From NCBI GenBank assembly GCA_964485815.1, contig CAZAJX010000001.1, positions 7,866 to 71,865 of the forward strand: a stretch of DNA of 64,000 nt, in the 5' to 3' direction. The notes beneath the pieces are model-generated. The model was not told the origin of the DNA and searched no databases. It was given only the letters and a program-made list of their open reading frames with translations. Shown here piece after piece: positions 56,895-64,000 of the stretch (position 1 is its first letter; each line of letters opens with the position of its first letter). A program made the translations under genes and the position numbers. This DNA comes from an uncultured Oscillospiraceae bacterium (GTDB lineage Bacteria; Bacillota; Clostridia; Oscillospirales; CAG-382).

Positions 56895-58098
56895 AACATT
56901 TCACCTCGATTCCCAAGGATTTAAGTCCTTCAAAAAAGTGGGGAAAGCTTTTTGATATAGCCTCTGCTCCCTCAATAACTCCGCCCGTAAGAGTAAGTAA
57001 TACCGCAAGGGACATAACGATACGGTGATCATTATGACCGCACAAAGACTCTGTAGGAGCGCTGAATTCCGTTGGGTATACCACTACCGAATCATCGTGT
57101 ACGGTAACGGAAACTCCGAACTTTTTTAATTCCTCTGCCATAGCCGTGGCACGGTCGCTTTCTTTAAAGCGCAGGCGTGACGTTCCGTTGAACACTCCGC
57201 CGTACTTTGCGGCGGCAACTGCAAATAAAACGGGTCCGAGATCGGGACAATCGCCTATATGAATGGTGGGAATACCTGCTTCAAGAAGAGAAAAATGCTT
57301 TTCGTAAATTTTATCTCCCTGAAGTGAATCCTCCCTCAAACCGAGTATATTTACGTTACCGCCCAGAGAATTCAATGCGGCGTAAAAGGATGCGCCCGAA
57401 TAATCTCCTTCAACGGTAGTTTCGGTGGGAACAAATCCCCTGCCGCCTTTTACAAACAACGTGTGATCGTCTGTCCAGCAAGCATCAACACCGAATTCCT
57501 TTAATGCCTGCAAAGTAAGCTCGATATAAGGACGGCTCACCACAGGAGGTATTATGTTAACCGCGCTATCCTCGCCCAACAGCGGCAAAGCGAACAGCAG
57601 ACCGCTTATAAACTGACTGCTTACGCTTCCCGATATACGGTATTCCCCTGCTGTGAGAGGACCTTTGAGAATAACGCTATTTTTATCCTGAGAAAACACA
57701 AAGCCTTTTTCACGGCTCAGCTCCTCGTATGCATCCAGGGGACGGCGGAAAAGGGACTGTGCGCCCGTAAAAGCCACGTTTTTACCGCACAAAAGTGCCG
57801 CCGGGATGAGAAAGCGCAACGTACTTCCGCTTTCCTTGCAATATAGCGCCTGATCGGGAGAGGCGTTGCAAATATCGGTTCCGTATACGGTTACGGTATC
57901 GTTATCATATTCAAATCTCGCACCGAGGCGGGAAAGACATTCAACGGTCGCTTCCACATCATCGCAATCGGGAACGCCGTGAACAATGCTCTTGCCTTTC
58001 GCAAGGGCGGCGCAAATAAGCATACGGTGTGCCATACTTTTGGAGTTAGGAGCAGATACCGTGCCTGCCGCAACTCCGGGTGCTATTTCAACCTTCAT
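56884..58098 (-). CDS. aroA: 3-phosphoshikimate 1-carboxyvinyltransferase (EPSP synthase)
   Basis: 404 aa. SKSMAHR, LKESDR-like FKESDR, DHRIVMS motifs. Confidence 0.9.
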   Translation of the reverse strand: MKVEIAPGVAAGTVSAPNSKSMAHRMLICAALAKGKSIVHGVPDCDDVEATVECLSRLGARFEYDNDTVTVYGTDICNASPDQALYCKESGSTLRFLIPAALLCGKNVAFTGAQSLFRRPLDAYEELSREKGFVFSQDKNSVILKGPLTAGEYRISGSVSSQFISGLLFALPLLGEDSAVNIIPPVVSRPYIELTLQALKEFGVDACWTDDHTLFVKGGRGFVPTETTVEGDYSGASFYAALNSLGGNVNILGLREDSLQGDKIYEKHFSLLEAGIPTIHIGDCPDLGPVLFAVAAAKYGGVFNGTSRLRFKESDRATAMAEELKKFGVSVTVHDDSVVVYPTEFSAPTESLCGHNDHRIVMSLAVLLTLTGGVIEGAEAISKSFPHFFEGLKSLGIEVKCYED

Positions 58099-58531
58099 TT
58101 TTATATCCTTCCAAAAGATAATCTATTGCTTCAAAATATCCCTTTACTCCGTGTCCCGAAATGGTTTTCACGCAGACATCGCGGATATAGCTTATTTTTC
58201 GAAAATCCTCGCGGGAGTTAACATCGGATATATGAACTTCAACCGTGGGGATCTTTACCGAAGAAACCGCATCGCGGAGAGCGATGCTGGTGTGGGTGTA
58301 TGCCCCCGGATTAATAACTATTCCGTCTACTCCCGTAAAATATGCCTGCTGTATGGCATCTACGAGATCACCCTCGTGGTTGGACTGATATTGTGTAATT
58401 TCGTTACCCGTAGAAACGCCGTATTCATTTATACGGTTACACAGCGTTTCAAAGGTTTCCGTTCCGTAGTGGGCAGGCTCCCGTATTCCCAGCATATTGA
58501 GATTCGGTCCGTTTATAACAAGTATTTTCAA
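58088..58531 (-). CDS. aroQ: type II 3-dehydroquinate dehydratase
   Basis: 147 aa. ILVINGPNLNMLG, QSNHEG, NPGAYTHTS, EVHISD motifs. Confidence 0.9.
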   Translation of the reverse strand: MKILVINGPNLNMLGIREPAHYGTETFETLCNRINEYGVSTGNEITQYQSNHEGDLVDAIQQAYFTGVDGIVINPGAYTHTSIALRDAVSSVKIPTVEVHISDVNSREDFRKISYIRDVCVKTISGHGVKGYFEAIDYLLEGYKNEG

Positions 58532-58533
58532 TT

Positions 58534-59766
58534 TTAAAAATCCTTTCCTATGTTCTCTGCCACGCTGACCGCATCGCCATTCACGGCAATACGCTTATGG
58601 CAGGTGGAAATATATGTGTTTATACGCTCGTTATAGCGTTTCTCCACCGCTTCCCTGCTGGATGCCAAGGGACGGTCATCTGTAGGAACAAGCTGTTCCA
58701 AGGGGCGGTCGATGAAATATATAATACCGTTTCGACGGAGCGCATTTACGTTTTCATCCCGCAAAACCGTGCCGCCGCCGCAAGAGATAACCACGCCCGA
58801 AAGCCCTGACAGCCGTTTGGTTACCGCAGTTTCCATATCTCTGAAGGCGGTTTCGCCTTTGGCGGCAAAGATTTCGGTTATTTCCATTCCTGCTTCCTTT
58901 ACGATCTCTTTGTCTATATCGTAAAATTCACGGTTCAGTTTATCTGCAATAAGCTTGCCTACGGTGGATTTTCCGCAACCCGGCATTCCCGTAAGCACGA
59001 TATTCTGCTTGGATGATTCAAGTTCGTTGTATATACTTTCGATAACGGTTTCATCATATTTAACAGATGCAAACAGCTCCGATGCCGCTACAGCCTGATA
59101 CACCAACATATACAATCCGCCTTCGGCAGGTATGCCCTTCTTTCTTGCGGACAAAACCAGTTCCGTGGAAAGCGGATTGAACACCGCATCCACCACTGCA
59201 CAAAGGTTGGGAAAAGCATCTATATCGATAGGCGTATTATCACATTCGGGAAACATTCCTACGGGAGTTGTGTTTATGATAATTTCCGAATCCGACAGTT
59301 CTTTGTATGCGTAAGAATATGTAACACAGCCTTCCTTGGGAGCACGTCCCACACGGTGGATACGCTGTGCGCCCAAAGTCTTTGCAACCGCAAAAGCGGT
59401 TTGCGAGGTTCCGCCCGTACCGAGAATAAGCACTTTTTTGCCGCAGATATTGCCCGCAGTCCTCTCTACAAGCGCCTTAAGACCCACAAAGTCCGTATTA
59501 TAGCCGTACAAAAGTCCGTTTTTATTTACGATAACGTTTACCGCGCCGATCTCACGGGCAGTTTCGCTTATATAGTAGAGATGGGGTATAACGTCTTTTT
59601 TGTAAGGTATGGTAACGTTTATCGCTTCAAACTCCCGCTCTTCCAAAAACTCGTTTAGTTTTTCACGGGGGATTTCTTTTAAAACGTAATCTGAAGTTTC
59701 TAAACGCTTATGTATATCCGGTGAGAAGCTGTGTCCCAGCTTTTCGCCGATAAGTCCGTATTTCAT
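58534..59766 (-). CDS. aroE: bifunctional shikimate dehydrogenase / shikimate kinase fusion
   Basis: The ATG at 59766 (MKYGLIGEKLGHSFSP = AroE N-terminus). GTGGTS NADP site. The C-terminal half has the Walker A GMPGCGKST and an AroK-like fold. Confidence 0.85.
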   Translation of the reverse strand: MKYGLIGEKLGHSFSPDIHKRLETSDYVLKEIPREKLNEFLEEREFEAINVTIPYKKDVIPHLYYISETAREIGAVNVIVNKNGLLYGYNTDFVGLKALVERTAGNICGKKVLILGTGGTSQTAFAVAKTLGAQRIHRVGRAPKEGCVTYSYAYKELSDSEIIINTTPVGMFPECDNTPIDIDAFPNLCAVVDAVFNPLSTELVLSARKKGIPAEGGLYMLVYQAVAASELFASVKYDETVIESIYNELESSKQNIVLTGMPGCGKSTVGKLIADKLNREFYDIDKEIVKEAGMEITEIFAAKGETAFRDMETAVTKRLSGLSGVVISCGGGTVLRDENVNALRRNGIIYFIDRPLEQLVPTDDRPLASSREAVEKRYNERINTYISTCHKRIAVNGDAVSVAENIGKDF

Positions 59767-59767
59767 A

Positions 59768-60868
59768 TTATTCTCCCTTAAGCCAATCAGTACCGAAGCG
59801 GGTGCAAAGTATGTCTGCAAGGGCTATTGCCGTTACGCTGTCAACAACCACGCGGGCACGGTGAACGATACAAGGATCGTGACGCCCCGTAAGGCTCAGC
59901 ACGGCATTTTCGCCCTTTTTAAGATCAACCGTGTTCTGAGAAACAAAAACCGACGGTGTGGGCTTTACGGCGGCGCGGAACACAATGGGCATTCCGTTGG
60001 TAATACCGCCGTTTATGCCGCCGTTGTTATTGGTTTCGGTAGTAACGATACCGTCCGTATAACGGAACCCATCGTTACAAACGCTTCCTCGCATTTGGGA
60101 AACGGCAAAGCCTGCGCCGAATTCAACGCCTTTTATACCGGGAACGCTGAACAATGCGTGAGATATAACGCTTTCCACGGAATCGAACCACGGCTCCCCT
60201 GCACCTGCGGGAAGTCCGGTTACGGCAGTTTCCAGAATACCGCCCACGCTGTCGCCCTCCGAAGCGGCACGGGAGATGGCCTCCTGCATAAGAGCGCCTT
60301 TTTCTTCGTTAATAACTGCAAACAGAGAGGTATTCAACTTATCTATGCAAGCGTTAAGGTTTGTATTATCAAATTCCGAATCTTTTATTTGACCGATAGA
60401 ATGAATATGTGTGCCGATGTTTATGCCCCTTGCTTTAAGCGCCTGCATAAGTATGGCGCCTGCGGCTACGAGAGGTGCGGTGATACGGCCTGAAAAATGA
60501 CCGCCTCCGCGGTAGTCCTGAAAGCCGTGATATTTACAAAACGCAGTATAATCCGCGTGCCCTGGACGGGGAGTTACGGAAAGGGACTCATATTTACTGC
60601 TGTCTGTATCTCCGTTGGGAATGAGTATGCAAATGGGTGTTCCGGTAGTATATCCGTTGAAAACACCGCTAACGATACGGAAATTATCTTTTTCGCTTCT
60701 GGGGGTGGATATTTTTCCCCAAGGACGGCGAAGGTCCAGACGGGAAGCGATATATTCTTCATCCACGGGAATACCGGGTGCAATTCCGTCGATCACAGCA
60801 CCGATCTCTTTTCCGTGGCTTTCACCGAAAAGTGTAACGGAAATACTGTTACCAAAGGTATTTTTCAT
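59768..60868 (-). CDS. aroC: chorismate synthase
   Basis: 366 aa. GESHG, RPGHAD, GGGHFSGR-type and GRHDPC motifs. Confidence 0.9.
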   Translation of the reverse strand: MKNTFGNSISVTLFGESHGKEIGAVIDGIAPGIPVDEEYIASRLDLRRPWGKISTPRSEKDNFRIVSGVFNGYTTGTPICILIPNGDTDSSKYESLSVTPRPGHADYTAFCKYHGFQDYRGGGHFSGRITAPLVAAGAILMQALKARGINIGTHIHSIGQIKDSEFDNTNLNACIDKLNTSLFAVINEEKGALMQEAISRAASEGDSVGGILETAVTGLPAGAGEPWFDSVESVISHALFSVPGIKGVEFGAGFAVSQMRGSVCNDGFRYTDGIVTTETNNNGGINGGITNGMPIVFRAAVKPTPSVFVSQNTVDLKKGENAVLSLTGRHDPCIVHRARVVVDSVTAIALADILCTRFGTDWLKGE

Positions 60869-61873
60869 TTACAGTACCTCTCTTAACTGTTTTTCGAAAG
60901 CATCCAACGGGAGCCTCCTGAATTCAAACGTGCCGATATCACCGACATAAACAACGTTGATATCTGCACCGGAAAGTTTTTTATCGTGATGGATGGCATT
61001 GATGACATTTTCCGTGTCAAACTCTGCGGTAACAGGCAGAGAAAGGGATTTCAAAACGGGAACGAGCCGTGCACGCACGGAAGCATCGCACATAGGAAGC
61101 ATACCCAAAGCCACGCATTCGCCGTGTAAAAGAGTGAGATCCATTGCCGTTTCAATTCCGTGCCCCACCGTATGACCGAAGTTAAGCACACGGCGGAGGG
61201 AGGATTCTTTTTCATCCTGCTCTACAACGTTTTTCTTTATAATTATGCTTTTGGTTATTATTTCTTCAAGATTATCCTTTGTTACGCCGTTTTCGATAAG
61301 CTCAAAAAGAGCTTTATCGCAGGTGAGCGCCATTTTGACCGATTCTGCAAGTCCATTGGAAATATGTCTGGCAGGAAGAGTGGACAAAAGATCGGGATCT
61401 ATAAGCACTTTTTTGGGCTGTTTGAAGGCGCCGATCACATTCTTCACGCCGTCCACATCGATTGCGGTCTTGCCGCCCACGGAGGAATCCACCTGAGAAA
61501 GTAAGGTGGTGGGAATATTATAAAAATCAACGCCCCGCATATACGTGGCGGCAACGAAGCCCGCAAGGTCCCCTACTACTCCACCGCCCACGGCGACAAC
61601 GCAATCCGTACGGGTAAAGCCGATAGCGATCATTTCACAGCAAAGACGCATATACGAATCAAAGCACTTGGTCGCTTCGCCCTGAGGGAGAGTGACAATA
61701 TGGGGACGTGCGCAAAATGATGCGAGAATACGTGAATACTCCGCGGGAACGCCGTCATCCGTAACTATAAGCACCTTGCGGTCAAGACAAAGATAACGGG
61801 ACGCGTTTTTAAGACAACCGCGTTCGATTACTATATCATAACTGTTTTTTTCAAGTGAAAGAGGTAAAACCAC
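60869..61873 (-). CDS. aroB: 3-dehydroquinate synthase
   Basis: GTG at 61873, 7 nt after GGAGG, avoids overlap with pheA. GGGVVGDLAGF, GGKTAID and GHTVGHGIE motifs. Confidence 0.85.
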   Translation of the reverse strand: MVLPLSLEKNSYDIVIERGCLKNASRYLCLDRKVLIVTDDGVPAEYSRILASFCARPHIVTLPQGEATKCFDSYMRLCCEMIAIGFTRTDCVVAVGGGVVGDLAGFVAATYMRGVDFYNIPTTLLSQVDSSVGGKTAIDVDGVKNVIGAFKQPKKVLIDPDLLSTLPARHISNGLAESVKMALTCDKALFELIENGVTKDNLEEIITKSIIIKKNVVEQDEKESSLRRVLNFGHTVGHGIETAMDLTLLHGECVALGMLPMCDASVRARLVPVLKSLSLPVTAEFDTENVINAIHHDKKLSGADINVVYVGDIGTFEFRRLPLDAFEKQLREVL

Positions 61874-61890
61874 TTTTATGCCTCCAATAT

Positions 61891-63009
61891 TCAGGAAATA
61901 TGAGAAAATGAGCCTACAAGCTTCAGCTTGTCGCAACAGGTGGAAAGGGCGCCCAGCATAGCTTTTCCGTTTTCGGAGTAGATATCTCCCTCTGCTTCAA
62001 CGAAGAAATAGTATTGCCACAAAAGCTCCTTCATAGGTCGGGAACGCAGAGATTGCATATTATATCCGTATTTACCTATAATATCAACTGCTTCAGCAAG
62101 CTTGCCCGCTTCATTTCGAACGGTGAACATAAGTATAAAACGATTTTCCATTGCCCTGCCGCTTTTTTGGGTGGGAACGGCGGACAGCACGGCAAAACGG
62201 GTAGTATTGCACTTGCTTTCGTTAATTTCACTTTGGGCAACCTCAAGTCCGTAAAGGTTTGCCGCTTCCTCGCTGGCAATAGCGGCAGTATGCTTATCTC
62301 CCAAAGCCGCCACGTACTTTGCGGCAAGGGCGGTATTGACGTACTCGGAGGTTTCCCACCCCTTTTCCTCAATATATTTGCCGCATTGCATAAGCGCCTG
62401 AGGATGGCTTACAACACGGGTTATTTCTCCGATATCAGTGCCGGGAAGAACAAGAAGATCGTGGGTAACGGAAAGATCAAAGGTAGCGGTAACGTAAAGC
62501 GGGCCTGAAAAAAGCATATCGCAAACGTCGCCGACATCCCCTGCGCTGCTGTTTTCAATGGGAAGGACGGCAGTATCACATTCGCCGTTTACAACCGCAT
62601 CATACGCTTCGCCAAAGGATGGAAAGCCTACACGAACCGCATCCGGAAAGATCTTGCCTGCGGCAATAGATGCAAATGCGCCCTTAACGCCGCAATATGC
62701 CACCTTCATACCGTTGAACAAACGTCCCTGATATTTGCAGGAAAGATCGATAATGTCCCGCATAAAGGTAACGTAAAAGCTTCTTACGATATCGTCTGCT
62801 TCCGAAAGATATTCGGTATTTTTGCGGATTATCGCCTCTTCTCTGGCTTCGTCCTTAATAGGCAAGCCGTGCTCCATTTTATATTCGGCAACAAGGTGTG
62901 CCGCTTCCATACGGCGTTTAAATAGACGCGCCATCTCTTTATCAGTTTCATCGATAATTTGTCTTGCGGTGAGTAATCTGTTGTCTTCCATAGCTATTGG
63001 CAACTCCAT
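61891..63009 (-). CDS. pheA: bifunctional chorismate mutase / prephenate dehydratase
   Basis: 372 aa. N-terminal AroQ-type CM helix (IDETDKEMARLFKRRMEA), PDT domain (ENSSAGDV, TRF), C-terminal ACT domain. The start could also be the ATG at 62991. Confidence 0.85.
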   Translation of the reverse strand: MELPIAMEDNRLLTARQIIDETDKEMARLFKRRMEAAHLVAEYKMEHGLPIKDEAREEAIIRKNTEYLSEADDIVRSFYVTFMRDIIDLSCKYQGRLFNGMKVAYCGVKGAFASIAAGKIFPDAVRVGFPSFGEAYDAVVNGECDTAVLPIENSSAGDVGDVCDMLFSGPLYVTATFDLSVTHDLLVLPGTDIGEITRVVSHPQALMQCGKYIEEKGWETSEYVNTALAAKYVAALGDKHTAAIASEEAANLYGLEVAQSEINESKCNTTRFAVLSAVPTQKSGRAMENRFILMFTVRNEAGKLAEAVDIIGKYGYNMQSLRSRPMKELLWQYYFFVEAEGDIYSENGKAMLGALSTCCDKLKLVGSFSHIS

Positions 63010-63023
63010 ACAAAATTAAGCAA

Positions 63024-63038
63024 GTTAACAGTGTTAAC
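63024..63038. promoter_or_regulatory. 15-bp perfect palindrome, candidate TetR operator O1
   Basis: GTTAACAgTGTTAAC lies between the minus-strand consensus promoter and the pheA ATG. Confidence 0.5.
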
Positions 63039-63051
63039 ATCTTTTTTGAGG

Positions 63052-63080
63052 ATTATACACCTATTTTGAAACAATGTCAA
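63052..63080 (-). promoter_or_regulatory. consensus sigma-70 promoter of the shikimate/aromatic operon
   Basis: The minus strand reads TTGACA (63080-63075), 17-nt spacer, TATAAT (63057-63052). Confidence 0.65.
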
Positions 63081-63100
63081 TAGAAACCGATAAATTCACC

Positions 63101-63129
63101 TTGATTTTTTGCGTATTTAATGATAAAAT
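63101..63129 (+). promoter_or_regulatory. promoter of the TetR gene
   Basis: TTGATT (63101-63106), 17-nt spacer, TAAAAT (63124-63129). Confidence 0.5.
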
Positions 63130-63135
63130 GATGTT

Positions 63136-63150
63136 GTTAACACTGTTATC
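63136..63150. promoter_or_regulatory. near-palindrome, candidate TetR operator O2
   Basis: GTTAACAcTGTTAtC is the inverted copy of O1 with one mismatch and lies just downstream of the TetR -10 element. Confidence 0.5.
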
Positions 63151-63169
63151 TGCAACTATGGAGGAAAAT

Positions 63170-63712
63170 ATGCCTTATACGGAGGAATATGTAAATCACG
63201 AGGAGCTGAAGAAAGCGCTTATTCTCGCAGGGATACGCCAGATAGAGCAAAACGGAATTGGCGGTTTATCACTCAGAAAAACAGCAACTGAATGCGGGGT
63301 TTCCTGCGCCGCCCCCTACAGACATTTTGAGAGCAAGGCGGGACTTGTTTTTTCTATAATCGCATATGTAAACGGTCAGTGGTCGTTACTTAAAGAGCAG
63401 ATATCCGCTTCTTTTAAGAATGATAAACGCAAAATGGTTATTGAAATATGTGCGGCGACGGTTCTTTTCTGGAGAGCGAATCCCAACTTCCAAAGCGTAA
63501 TTATGCTTGATGATAAGTTGTTGGACGATGAACAGATAAAGGAAAAAAACAAAGTGTCTGATGAGATTTCCCGCTTGGTAAGTTCCTTGTACTCCGATGA
63601 AAAAAGAGATACTACAGTATTTATGGTACGTTCCGTATTATACGGAGCGGCTGTAGACAAACACGTTGATATATCCTTGGTACGAAGCTGTTTAGAGGCA
63701 ATATTAAAATAA
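63170..63712 (+). CDS. TetR/AcrR-family transcriptional regulator
   Basis: The ATG at 63170 follows GGAGGAAAAT. HTH segment LSLRKTATECGVSCAAPYRHF. Confidence 0.8.
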   Translation: MPYTEEYVNHEELKKALILAGIRQIEQNGIGGLSLRKTATECGVSCAAPYRHFESKAGLVFSIIAYVNGQWSLLKEQISASFKNDKRKMVIEICAATVLFWRANPNFQSVIMLDDKLLDDEQIKEKNKVSDEISRLVSSLYSDEKRDTTVFMVRSVLYGAAVDKHVDISLVRSCLEAILK

Positions 63713-63732
63713 AATAACGAAAGGCGCTCCCT

Positions 63733-64000
63733 ATGAAGATAAAGACAAAGAAAATGCCTTATTCAAAGGTGAACTCCCTGAAAAAACCCAAACACAAAAA
63801 GCCCGTAAAACCGAATATTCTGTTCAGAAGTATTGTGAGGATAGCATCCGTTCCCGATCTTCTGAAGGTAAGATTCAAATATGAAGGCAAGCTTCCCGAC
63901 AAAATGCCTTGCCTTATACTGATGAATCACTCAAGCTTTATTGATCTTGAGATAGTTTCTAAAATAATGTATCCCCGCCCGTACGGTATCGTAACCACAT
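63733..64000 (+). CDS. PlsC/LPLAT-family acyltransferase (partial; runs off the window)
   Basis: ATG at 63733. HX4D motif NHSSFID. Truncated by the window end. Confidence 0.6.
   Translation, partial: MKIKTKKMPYSKVNSLKKPKHKKPVKPNILFRSIVRIASVPDLLKVRFKYEGKLPDKMPCLILMNHSSFIDLEIVSKIMYPRPYGIVTT

Overview
This window is a chromosomal segment of a Gram-positive anaerobe. It is probably a Clostridia / Ruminococcus-Oscillospiraceae-like gut organism. That guess rests on GGAGG ribosome-binding sites, dockerin-type repeats and gene content; it is inference, with no search run. All protein-family calls come from reading the supplied translations for known motifs. No HMM or BLAST was available.

Layout:
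- 0.1-8 kb: murD, a visibly AT-richer trio (2TM SLATT-like protein, mini-ferredoxin, AlkZ/YcaQ-like protein), three translationally coupled M42 aminopeptidase paralogs, and a YnbB-type PLP enzyme.
- 8.7-21.3 kb: a dense lipid-handling neighbourhood. It holds three alpha/beta hydrolases, GT2-GtrA, a plsX-fakA-fakB-fakB operon, and a five-gene operon of adenylating enzyme with fused carrier domain, two PlsC-type acyltransferases, a stand-alone ACP and an LRAT/PLAAT-like enzyme.
- 21.4-32.2 kb: lipoprotein, SPFH-zinc-ribbon protein, ldh, patatin, EEP nuclease/phosphatase, a two-component system and an ArsB/NhaD-type permease.
- 32.26-45.12 kb: a ~12.9-kb integrative element. It appears to sit in the loop of a former bidirectional terminator hairpin between the permease gene and dapF. 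Its left half is a defence operon: HTH controller, m5C MTase, AlwI/FokI-like type IIS endonuclease, second m5C MTase, large Rx4H (HEPN-like) protein and a small DUF6809-like protein. Its right half is a replication/packaging-like module: a ~68-bp-period iteron array, an AEP primase-SF3 helicase, four small ORFs, a lone HK97-type major capsid gene, a TnpW-like mini-ORF and a large serine recombinase.
- 45.2-64 kb: dapF, GH27 alpha-galactosidase, secreted dockerin/discoidin proteins, DUF3343 plus a cysteine-desulfurase-like pair, a BaiN-type flavoprotein, RluA, a DUF4127-dockerin protein, a complete 8-gene shikimate/Phe/Tyr operon, a divergent TetR gene with paired palindromic operators, and a partial acyltransferase gene.

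The most promising candidates for something undescribed are two. One is the RM-coupled HEPN-like gene carried on a capsid-only, satellite-like element. The other is the Aas-like / Lands-cycle-like lipid remodelling operon. No rRNA, tRNA or CRISPR array was recognised.
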